This document shows positions 53,757 to 64,000 of a stretch of 64,000 bases of DNA, piece after piece. This DNA is from Octopus sinensis. Its lineage: Eukaryota. The DNA lies in the NCBI RefSeq assembly GCF_006345805.1, contig NC_043007.1, forward strand, positions 77,252,001 to 77,316,000, read 5' to 3'. The notes beneath the pieces were generated by a model. The model saw only the letters and a program-made list of their open reading frames with translations. It was not told the origin of the DNA and ran no database searches. A program made the position numbers and the translations under genes. How positions within the stretch are numbered: the stretch's first letter is position 1; every line of letters starts with the position of its first letter.

Positions 53757-53763
<7 letters not shown>
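53299..53763 (+). mobile_element. Retrozyme-like / non-autonomous PLE element: 348-bp unit in partial tandem with HHR
   Basis: Direct repeat 53299-53417 and 53647-53763 (offset 348); HHR just upstream of the second copy; ends in (TA)n; no coding motif seen. Confidence 0.7.
53589..53637 (+). ncRNA. Complete type I hammerhead ribozyme, U3-A8 core variant
   Basis: GGUGGUG-UUGAUAA-GCCAcaaaaaUGGC-GAA-ACAucgaUGU-C^-CAUCACU: 7-bp stem I, 4-bp stem II, palindromic stem III, GUC cleavage triplet (cut between 53630 and 53631). Confidence 0.8.
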
Positions 53764-53789
<26 letters not shown>

Positions 53790-53893
53790 AGAGAGAGAGA
53801 GAGAGGGAGAGAGAGATGTGACTAAGAAAACAATGAGTACTAAAAAATACACGTTTTAACATATATTAGTTTAACATTTAGAAAGGGAAAGTA

Positions 53894-53929
53894 TCTTGAC
53901 GTTTCGAACGCAAATCCTTCATCAGAAGA
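53894..53929 (-). ncRNA. Minimal type I hammerhead ribozyme motif (PLE type)
   Basis: UCUU-CUGAUGA-A-GGAuuugcgUUC-GAA-ACGU-C^-AAGA; canonical core, ACGU palindromic stem III. Confidence 0.7.
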
Positions 53930-54666
53930 AAGATAAAAGAAATTAAAGATGAGAATGATTGAGAAAGGATGGCTGCAGGAAAAAGAAATAAAGGACCCAT
54001 GAATCCAACGCTTGCTTAGTGATCGTGTTATGATTTACACCACAAGTTTAACAATCTAATCCCCCTGTATGTATGAAGGTGAACAGGGTTACATATCACT
54101 AAATATTTTGTGCAATCAGTCTAGTGATATACTATAATGTCTGTCCGATGATGATCGGATACAAAATGTGTGTGTGTGTATGTTTGTACGTGTATTTGTA
54201 TATGTATTTGTGTATGTATGCATATTCTCTATGCACAAGATAAGCATTGTTGCAAACACGAAGAGCATAATCATTCCCGTCACAAACACCACCACCAACG
54301 CCGCCGTCACCGCTACCACCACCACCACCACCACCTCAGCATATCTGTTAAGCAAAAGAAAACAAATTATCGTTCACATTGAACTGAGGGTGAAAGAAAC
54401 TCCATCTCATAAGGTCGCCCGCCTTATAAGGAATAATTCCCTGTTTTCATTAAGGTCGGTTCATGTTTGTCGATATACAGAAGGGTATTTAACGTGTTAC
54501 TGTATAAACGAGAAATTCATAGGAGACACGCATATTCATACGTGCAAACATACACCATTACACCTCCAACCTCCATACTTACAAGAATACCCTGACACGA
54601 AAACACTAAGACCTTGACCGAAACTCATGCTTCAAGTAGATTTCAATTACAAAAACAAGATCAAAC

Positions 54667-54765
<99 letters not shown>

Positions 54766-54908
54766 GTCTGTCTGTTTGCCTGTCTGCTTGTCTGTCTGTC
54801 TGCTTGTCCGTCTGTCTGCTTGTCTGTCTGTCTATCTATGTGTCTGTCTGTCTGTCTGTTTGTATGTTTGTCTGTCTATCTGTCTGTTTGTTTGTCAATC
54901 TGTTTGTC

Positions 54909-54942
<34 letters not shown>

Positions 54943-55760
54943 TATATATATATATATATATGTGTATATATATTTATATATACGCACACATATGTGTATA
55001 CATATATATATATGTATATATATTTATATATACGCACACATATGTGTATACATATATATGTATATGTATATATATATATACATACGCGCACACACACACA
55101 TGCATATATGCATGTATGTTGGTGTGTGTATAGGTGTTCGGTTTGTAAGCCAAAATAGGTGAGGTATATTTGTTTGTCGAGAGAACGGGAGTGAGTTGGT
55201 AGGGTGCCGGTGAGGAGTTAGCGAAGAGTAAAGTGTATTTAAAAATAAACAAGTGGACAAAACCTAAGTAGCCACATGATAGAAAGTGTGTCGTCTGCTT
55301 ATTGAATGGTTATCATTAGTTGTTACCATCTCGTTAAATGCTTTATGAAAACTAAACAAATATAATCTAAAATTGAATATTTGTTCCTGTACCAATTTTA
55401 TTCTGTAACTCACTGACATATGTTTGTTCAAAACGAAGATTTCTGGATGTCATTGTGAGCGTGTGGTGGGATCGATGGCGGAATCAATGGCGACGTTTTT
55501 GCGATGGTGATGTCTGCAGTAGAAGTGATAGTGGGTTATGGAAAATGTGATGGTGATGATGGTATAAAATGCTCGAGTAACAGGCTTGCTTTGCAACCAG
55601 GAGGTTTCCAGTTCAGTCCCACTGCCTGGCACCTCGGACAAATGTCTTCTACTATAGCTCCGAATCGACCAATTTGTAGATGGAAACTGCGTGGAAACCT
55701 GTTGTGTATATAAGTATGTTTGTGTGTGTGTGTCTGTCTGTGTGCCTGTGTGTGAGTCTG

Positions 55761-55805
<45 letters not shown>

Positions 55806-55825
55806 TAATATATATATATATGTAT

Positions 55826-55911
<86 letters not shown>

Positions 55912-55913
<2 letters not shown>

Positions 55914-56096
55914 AGAGTTTACGAAAATAACAAAAGACGAAGACAGGTGGTGTTCAAAACAAACAGATGTATTAGTATAACGCTCAGGAATAGAAAAATC
56001 TTTTACGTTTCGAGCCTACGCTCTTTTACAGAAAGGGACACAGAAAAAACAAGGTGAGAAAAGAATGTGTGTAGTGGCTAACGATCTATCATGGCG
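55912..56096 (-). mobile_element. PLE-like element with HHR-like motif (56000-56035)
   Basis: CTTT-CTGTAAA-A-GAGCgtagGCTC-GAAACGT-A-AAAG; inserted within (TA)n; homologous to 16405-16567. Confidence 0.6.
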
Positions 56097-56121
56097 TATA
56101 TATATATATATGTATAATATA

Positions 56122-56225
<104 letters not shown>

Positions 56226-57722
56226 TATATGTATGTGTCTATGTGCCTTTTTAGCTTATGTTTTGTGTTGTGTTTCTTCCTAACCTCCCTGTGTTGAATT
56301 GTTTTCGGTGTTGAATTGTTTTCGTCCTCGTAATTAGTGGTTTTGCAACAAAGAGCAGAGTCAATTTACTCAACTAAACCCTTCGAGGTGGGGCCCCAGC
56401 ATGGCTACATTCCAAGTACCGAAACAAGTAAAAGGTAAAAGGTATTATCAGCTGTATCGACTGGTAGACTTCACGAACCGTTCAGTTTGATACCTCCGTC
56501 TGGTCCCCTGGACCCTCAGAGTATTTTGATGGAGTCACTCTGTTGTAAGTCTCCAAGCTGTCTTCCACACGGTTTCTGTCTACACAAATTTCTCACAAGG
56601 CATTGGTTACCCCAAGGCTATAGTAGAAGACTTTTACCCAAGGTGCTGCGCAATAGGACCGAACTTAAAACGCCGTGGCTTCAAAGTGAGCTTCATAACT
56701 ACACAGTCGTGCCATTCATATTTACATACTTATGTTGTATATGGCTATATAATGAAATGTTCCTTATATACGTATTTAAAAAAAAAATTATAAGACCACT
56801 TAGTTAAATTAGCTCATTTGAAAACCGTAAAGAATGATCTGATCTAAACACCTCTGCTTCAGTTTCTGGCTTCATTATGTTGATCTTTTCTTAATCGTAA
56901 TCTCTATAATTCGATTTACTTAATTAGAAAAGGGAGGTTTTGGGCCACACCTATACATATCGTTGTATAACTGATATTATTATTACTACTAGTCATTCAA
57001 CTTCAGTTGGTGACACCATAAGGTTCAGAATCCCATACTGTTTTTTTATAGCTAAAGTGAGTTGATAAATCGCCAGTTCTATCAATTGACAGTAATGCGC
57101 TAATTGGATTGGTCGACCATAGACTGACCGCTGGCTGAAGAGGCTCTTCCACCCAGATTGTGCCGTGTAGTTTCACCGATTGAAGATCATACGTCGAATG
57201 AAGATCAATACACTTAACTTCACATGCGCCATGCTGCTGCCCATGATTTCGCGGTAACCCTGGCTCGGAAATTTTTCGTCATTCTGGTTAAATCCCTAGA
57301 TCCACGTTATTGGATGGACGTTGACTCTTACAAGTTCCTCCACTTTTTGATGTGCTTTGTTCTTGATGCCGCAGGATATCCAAATAACTCTTCTCACCAA
57401 ACAAGCTTGGTGGGGGGATTGTTGGTTTAGTCACCGACGACCCGACTAGGCGACAGATTGTACTGGATTACATGCTACCATTAGCCCTCGAGAGTGACCT
57501 GACTGTGTAAATCTATCATCATAACAAGATTTTATGAGCTGAATACTTTTGCTCTATGTTTATGTACATACACACATACATACAATCATACATACATGCA
57601 TGCATGCATGCATGCATACATGCATACATACATACATACATACATACATGCATACATACATACATACATACATACATACATACATACATACATACATACA
57701 TACATACATACATACATACAAC

Positions 57723-58158
57723 TTGGAGCAGGATAACCTACAGACGAAGTTGACGATACTGAGACCGACGGGTCAAAAGAATATTGATGGAATTTAAAAG
57801 TTTAAATAGCCACAAAGTTAAAACGCATCTGGCCAGATACTGTTGTGTGGGACCACGAGGAAAAGCTATGTTCTGTTGTGGAAATCAGCTGCCCTATGGA
57901 CACCGATGTGGTTTGAAAAATACAAGAGAAAGAGGACATCTATGGATAATGAGTTTGGAAGTCCAGTACCCAAGATAGAATTTCAGCGTTATACTTATCA
58001 TTGGCGCAACAGGATACATATCAATCCGTCTGGATCAAAGTATAGCTGAACCTAGGATCTTGAGGAGAGAACGCAAATCCTTAATTCATTCTCTACAAAT
58101 GATTACGATATCTGGGGCTATTAAAATCTGCAAGCCCTTATTAAGATTTAAAGGATGA
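57723..58158 (+). mobile_element. R4/Dong-like LINE RLE-domain fragment
   Basis: PDTVVWDHEEKLCSVVEISCPMD...QEKEDIYG...LIIGATGYI...GAIKICKPLLRF, with stops. Confidence 0.75.
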
Positions 58159-58236
58159 CAAGTAAAACAAGAGGCTTTCCTTCCTAAGCTTGCTAGTAAG
58201 TATGTGGCCGGTCAAAATTTATCGTAAATTTTGACC

Positions 58237-58636
58237 GGCGCAGGAGTGGCCGTCTCGTAAGTAGCTTGCTTACCAACTACATGGTTCTGGGTTCATCCTC
58301 ACTGCATGGAACCTTGGGCAAGTGTCTTTTACTATAGCCTCGGGCCGACCAAAGCCTTGGTAGACGGAAACTGAAAGAAGCCCGTCGTATATATGTATAT
58401 ATATGTATATTTATATGTGTTTGTGTATCTGTGTTTGTTCCCCCAGCATCGCTTGATAACTGATGGTGGTGTGTTTACGTCCCCGTAACTTAGCATTTCA
58501 GCAAAAGAGACCGATCGAATAACTACTAGGCATTCACAGAATAAGTCCTTGGGTCGATTTGCTCGATTAAAGGCGGTGCTCCAGTATAGCCACAGTTAAA
58601 TGACTGAAACAAGTAAAAGAGTAAAAGAGTAAAAAG
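58237..58636 (+). mobile_element. SINE-D full length
   Basis: GGCGCAGGAGTGGCC head through GACTGAAACAAGTAAAAGAGTAAAAGAG. Confidence 0.85.
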
Positions 58637-58645
58637 TAGAAAGAG

Positions 58646-58688
<43 letters not shown>

Positions 58689-59098
58689 ACACAGAGATCC
58701 GTAGCTTTGTATGATTAAGCTGATAATTAAAAATTAGAATATAGGTAAAGTGGATAGTGTAAAGTTGAGAGTAGCGGATTAGAGGATGGTATGGCGGTGA
58801 ACAGAATGAAATATTCTCTTTCACCTGGATAATCTTAGGAATTTGCATAGCCCCTTATTTATTTATTTTATTGGCGAGAATAATGTTCAAGAGTTTGAAA
58901 TACTAACTTTTAGCTTTCGTATCATCTCAAGTAAAAATCTCAAGAAAGAGAGAGAGAGAGAGAGAGAGGTGGGGTGGCAGGGGGAGAGAGAAAGAGAAGG
59001 AAAAATAAAAGAGAAAAAACACTAAAAATATATAGGTAACTAAAATCTCTGACAGGTGTTTTTTTTTTTTTCATTTTCTTTTTACTAACTTTTCTCAG

Positions 59099-59173
59099 GT
59101 ACGAAACTTTGTTTGGTCGTCACGCTTGGTTAACTATTGAAGATTTCTGGAGTTTGGGAGAAACTCATAAAAG
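59099..59173 (+). CDS. Candidate internal coding exon (75 nt, phase 2-2), unidentified protein
   Basis: TACTAAC branch point + TTTTCTCAG acceptor; open frame YETLFGRHAWLTIEDFWSLGETHK; donor AAG|GTATCG. Confidence 0.4.
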
Positions 59174-59393
59174 GTATCGTAGCATAACCCCGAATCTCTT
59201 TTGTCTTCTCTTTTGTGTTGTGCTTTGATACCATCATCATTGTCATCATAATCATCATTGCCGTCGTCAAGAGGGGGGGGGGAAGAGAGAGAAAGAGACA
59301 GAAAGACAGAGATAGGGAGAGAGAGAGAGAGAGTAGGAGAGACAAAGGGAAAGTGATATATCTTGTGTTTATAAATACGTGTATATATATGTA

Positions 59394-59470
<77 letters not shown>

Positions 59471-59764
59471 GAGAAGGAGAATGAAGAAGAAGAGAGAGAC
59501 AGGCTGAAAAATGAATAGAGATATATCTTTATATATGTATATGTGTAATATGTGTGTGTATGTGCGTGTGTGGGTATATATATGTATGTATACAATATAT
59601 ATATGTGTATGTTTGTGCGTGTATATATATATATATATATATATTGAGGGAAGGAACGAGAAAGAAGAAGAGAAACAGATAAGCAAACAATTACAAAAAA
59701 TAAAATAAAAAAGAAATCTGTGAAGAACGAATTTTTTCTTTGAGAAAGAAAGGAAGAGAGAGAG

Positions 59765-59807
<43 letters not shown>

Positions 59808-60198
59808 AGAGAGAGGAGGGAGCTGACAATGAAGCATAGAAGCGACGAGGTATCGTGTTCTAGAGGATAAAGTCTTCAGAACTAACAAAGCAACGTTTAT
59901 CGTTTTCGTCCACTAGTTTAGTATCGTAATAATGTTGAGAATTCTCCGCTAACAACAAACTACTTCACAACTAATTCTCCGCCATTTGTAGCCGCCAGCC
60001 AAAGCATCCTCCCCCTCCTCTCCCCCCTCTCTCTCTCTCTTTCGTTTCTACTTTAACCCCAATATCATCTCCATTTACAACCGATGACCCACTCTATTTC
60101 TTCATCTCCAGGATCCTTTGTTGAATACTTTACAATGTCTATTGTCCTTTTGAGAATGGGTTAACGTACATAACTGAGTTGGTAGGTTAGACATCACA

Positions 60199-60792
60199 TT
60201 TAAAGGCGGCGAGCTGGCAGAAACGTTAGCACGCCGGGCGAAATGCGTAGCCGTATTTCGTCTGCCGTTACGTTCTGAGTTCAAATTCCGCCGAGGTCGA
60301 CTTTGCCTTTCATCCTTTCGGGGTGGATAAATTAAGTACCAGTTACGCACTGGAGTCGATATAATCGACTTAATCCATTGTCCGTCCTTGTTTGTCCTCT
60401 CTGTGTTTAGCCCCTTGTGGGCAGTAAAGAAATAGGTATTTTTGTCTGCCGAAACGTTCTGAGTTCAAATTCCGCCGAGGTCGACTTTACCTTTAATCCT
60501 TTCGGGGTCGATAAATTAAGTACCAGTTACGCACTGGGGTCGATATAATCGACTTAATCCGTTGTCCGTCCTTGCTTGTCCTTTCTGTGCTTAGCCCCTT
60601 GTGGGCAGTAAAGAAATAGGTATTTCGTCTGCCGCTACGTTCTGAGTTCAAATTCCGCCGAGGTCGACTTTGCCTTTGAAACTTTCGGGGTCGATTAAAT
60701 AAGTACCAGTTATGCACTGGTAATCGACTTAATCCCTTTGTCTGTCCTTGTTTGTTCCCTCTGTGTTTAGCCCCTTGTGGGTAGTAAAGAAA
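60199..60792 (+). mobile_element. SINE-B trimer flanked by a 16-bp TSD
   Basis: Head + 3 units (184-bp period); TSD TAGGTTAGACATCACA at 60183-60198 and 60793-60808. Confidence 0.9.
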
Positions 60793-61384
60793 TAGGTTAG
60801 ACATCACACAACAAACAGGAAGGCCAGTGGTTCGTATTCTCTCACACTTCATTCTCCAATGGCCTCTGTCTAACAAAATCTTTCGACTGTTTCTGTAGTT
60901 CAACAATTTCTGCAACATGGTGTGTATAAACAATGGAATATTCTTACGACCCTGTCTTATACTAGTATAGAATTTATTTACACGTTCATATTATTGTAAA
61001 TTTCGGAAAGTTTATTCTATCACAATATATAGTACAGCTATCTTCGTTTATTACGGATTTTCGTTTATTACGGATCTTCATTAGACTGCGGCCATGCTGG
61101 GGCACCACTTTCAAGAATTTTAGTCGAACGAATCAGTCCCAGTAATTGACTTCTTTTAAAGCCTGGTACTTATTCTATCGGTCCCGTTTGCCGAACCGTT
61201 AATTTACGAGGATGTAAACACACCAACACCAGTTGTGAAGGGGGATGGGGGACAAACGCAGACACAAAGACGCACACATGTTGTTACACACACACATACA
61301 ATCACATACATGCATATACACATACATATATTTATATATATATAATATATATATATATATAGAGAGAGAGAGATAAGAAATGAC

Positions 61385-61505
61385 GGTAGTTTGGGTTCAG
61401 TCTCACCTTGCAGCACCTCGGCCAATTGCCTTCAACTATAACCCCGAGCCTAGCAATGCCTTGTGAATGAATTTGATAGACGGAAACAATACAGAAGCCC
61501 GTCGA

Positions 61506-61544
<39 letters not shown>

Positions 61545-61813
61545 ATCACGTGACCGACCAGACCATCAGGTGTTGCTACACATCGCTGGTCACAATGCGT
61601 TTGCATTGTTTTAGCCTTCGAACGACGCCACCCCGCTGGCTAAGCGAGCGGGCCAACAGAAGAAAAGTGGGAGCCTCGTGGAGCTATTTTAGGTGTTTTT
61701 CGCTCAATAAACACACATAACGCCCAGTCTGGGAATCGAAACCGCGATCCTCCGACCGCGAGTCCGCTGCCCTAACCACTGGGCCATTGCGCCTCCACAC
61801 ACACACACACACG

Positions 61814-61901
<88 letters not shown>

Positions 61902-62110
61902 TGTGTGTGTGTGTGTGTTTACCCCACCGTTGCTTAACAATCCTTGTTGGTTTGCTTATGTCCTCCGAGCTTAGCAGTTCGACGTAAAATAACGTAGGAA
62001 AAGTGCAAGACTTCCAAAAATTAACTTCTTGGGTCTAAACTCTTTAATGCAATGCCCCAGCATGGTCGCGGTTCAATGACCATCACAAGTTTAAAAAAGT
62101 GAAAAAAAAG
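61385..62110 (+). mobile_element. SINE-D interrupted by a minus-strand SINE (61540-61797: SINE-A head + SINE-E tail)
   Basis: D body 61385-61505 and tail 61920-62110; the inserted element sits in the central (TA)n. Confidence 0.7.
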
Positions 62111-62782
62111 AAAATATATCAGAGCAGCTGTTGGCTGACCTCTAACTATAGATTTGTAACTCCATCGGCCTAATACACATCAATCGCTATTCCTTGAGAA
62201 AATATGGTATAGTTTCTACAGAAATACAGCTGTACACAAGAACACAGATGGTAAATAAAATCTAGAGACTGCGCAAGTAAATTCAAAAGATTAGTCAGGA
62301 ATTGTTACTGTAAGTATATATGTATGCATCCATTGATGCATAAGTACACACTTATTGAATGAATAATCTTATAAATTTCAGCAGAATTCATAAATGTTTA
62401 TTAAAGTTGAAGGAAAGATTTAATTTTAATTCTCGGATTTAATTTTTGTTCCTCGGATTTAATTTTTATTTCTCGGATGCTCAGCCCAGAAGAATAGAAG
62501 TAAGTCCCAGGTAAGCCGCGTCTCTGGTATAGTTTCCAGTCTGGGTTACATACAAACAATTCTTGACCTTTTTTGTATCTTCTTTTTCGTATTTAGTGTA
62601 AGACATACGTGCCTTTCTCACAATTGTACAGCTGTTTCTGTCCTAGAAACCTATAAGCAGAAGACTGAAACTTCGAAGTCATTGCCACATCTCTTCATAT
62701 AAAAACTTAATACACAGGTTCTCTACTAAAAAGTATTGAGTAATTCTTCAGTTTAATGTTAAATTGTGTTTTTGCATAAAGG

Positions 62783-63015
62783 ATAAAGACCCCCTTCGGT
62801 CATGAATGACCATGAGATTGCACCTAGAAAGTTCCCTTCCGAGGCACAAGTCCGGGCAAGGTTGTTTATAGAAGACCAGCAGTCGCCCATGCATACCAGC
62901 CTACCTTCTCCACGCTACCGATGTTATCCAAGAGAAAGGCAAACGCCAAAACAGCTTGGCACCAGTGACGTGTCAACTCATTTCTGAGGAAACTGGAGTA
63001 ACGTGAAATGAAGAC
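62783..63015 (-). mobile_element. SINE-G 3' part
   Basis: GACCCCCTTCGGTCATGAATGACCATGAGATTGCACCTAGAAAGTT (rc of tail). Confidence 0.75.
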
Positions 63016-63618
63016 AAAAAACAAGTACACATACACACAAGTACAAATACACATACGTACGTGACGTAAGTAGGTGTATTTGCATATAAATATAGTCGTA
63101 TACAGACATGCATATACACTCACACACACACATACACATGGACACTTCCATATGAATATAAGAATATGCATATCGTGTATAAACTCCTGTCCTTTTCTTT
63201 ATAAAATCTTATGTGAAACATACGCACATATACTGAGAGACTGAGATATATACACAAAAGAACGAACATTGTTACTGGTCATATAGCTTTATCCTTTACG
63301 ATCATATGAGAACAACATTAACCTCCAATATCGTCATTTTATGCAAGAAAACGCTCCTCGGTGTCATGGTAAATCTTCAGGAGGTTTAGAGACATCAAAA
63401 CATGCGCAAAAGCTCAACAATATAACAGATTCAGAACTGAGATACGTTAGCAATATTTGTGGAAAGTTCTTAAGAGAGTCTCCGAACTCAAAAGCCATAT
63501 ATGTTCTCACTTGAGCTCGAAGTAATCAAGCTTTGTTTCATAGCTGACTGCCTATGTAGTCGTTGGTTATGGTCAGTCAGAAAATTACCAATAGGTTCGC
63601 GTCTATTGTTGCTCTTAG

Positions 63619-63678
63619 CAATATAGATGAATCATCAGACCTGGTGGCTGAAGGCACACGACCTCTTTACAAATGGAG
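63619..63678 (+). CDS. Candidate internal coding exon (60 nt, phase 2-2), unidentified protein
   Basis: GCTCTTAG acceptor; frame NIDESSDLVAEGTRPLYKW; donor GAG|GTAAGA; in frame with 59099-59173. Confidence 0.4.
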
Positions 63679-63768
63679 GTAAGAATTCAGTCTTGCTCAG
63701 CAAAGCTGTGAAAAAAAACAAAACAAAAAAATACCCAGCCCATCTACCAGACTACCTGAAACAAAATT

Positions 63769-63799
<31 letters not shown>

Positions 63800-63802
63800 G
63801 TT

Positions 63803-64000
63803 TCTTTATTAGCCACTTAGCCACACAGGGCTGAAAACAGAGGGGACAAATTACAAAGTAGAGCTTTTCTTTTGGGGGAGAAAAAAGGGGGGGGGGGTAG
63901 GTTTTCGATCAAAAGGGATCGTAAAAAAAACGATCAATAGGTTATCGTGTATCACAGAAATGTCATGATGTAAAGGGTAAACAGATAAGGTTTAGCCGTG
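63803..64000 (-). mobile_element. Probable LINE 3' end sharing its terminal ~45 nt with SINE-B
   Basis: TTTCTTTATTAGCCAC..ACAGGGCTGAAAACAGAGGGGACAAA resembles the SINE-B tail TTTCTTTACTACCCACAAGGGGCTAAACACAGAGGGGACAAA, then diverges. Confidence 0.4.

Noticed and set aside
56985-57540. RTE-like 3' remnant on the minus strand
   Set aside because: Only faint resemblance in peptide and tail; cannot be supported without alignment.
59979-59987. YY1-like CCGCCATTT promoter motif
   Set aside because: A single short motif with no other promoter evidence; the minus-strand ATG closes after 4 codons.
60112-60180. Strong acceptor CTTCATCTCCAG as an intervening exon
   Set aside because: All frames close before a usable donor and the phase does not fit exon 59099-59173.
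60199-60792. CRISPR-like or satellite reading of regularly spaced repeats
   Set aside because: Units are wholly repeated with no unique spacers, the context is eukaryotic, and SINE multimer explains them.
62420-62480. Short minisatellites (21-bp x3 here, 10-bp x5 at about 40515, ~25-bp x3 at about 45000)
   Set aside because: Ordinary local slippage duplications with no further structure.

Overview
AT-rich, microsatellite-saturated eukaryotic DNA with one 100-N gap (7671-7770) and no intact long ORF. The SINE families and repeat landscape suggest an octopod cephalopod (Octopus); this is inference from remembered repeat families, not a database hit. Most of the window is (TA)n, (CA)n, (TACA)n, (CTAT)n and (TAA)n arrays plus dozens of tRNA-derived SINEs, several with clear target-site duplications (TSDs). 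SINE-A, -B, -D, -E, -F, -G and -V are my working labels. Other content: three decayed R4/Dong-like RLE-type LINE fragments, one RTE fragment, a non-autonomous Helitron carrying a Rep fragment (itself nested in a 77-bp tandem array and hit by a SINE), two MITEs, a fossil N/S-rich ORF, and two phase-compatible candidate coding exons of an unidentified plus-strand gene. The most notable signal is a set of about 8 type I hammerhead ribozyme (HHR) motifs in short non-coding elements embedded in (TA)n tracts. One (53589-53637) is complete, has a compensatory U3-A8 core and a 10-nt palindromic stem III, and lies in a structured 348-nt partial tandem repeat. It is a candidate retrozyme or non-autonomous Penelope-derived circular-RNA system. 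Almost all ORFs in the supplied track are microsatellite or SINE artefacts.
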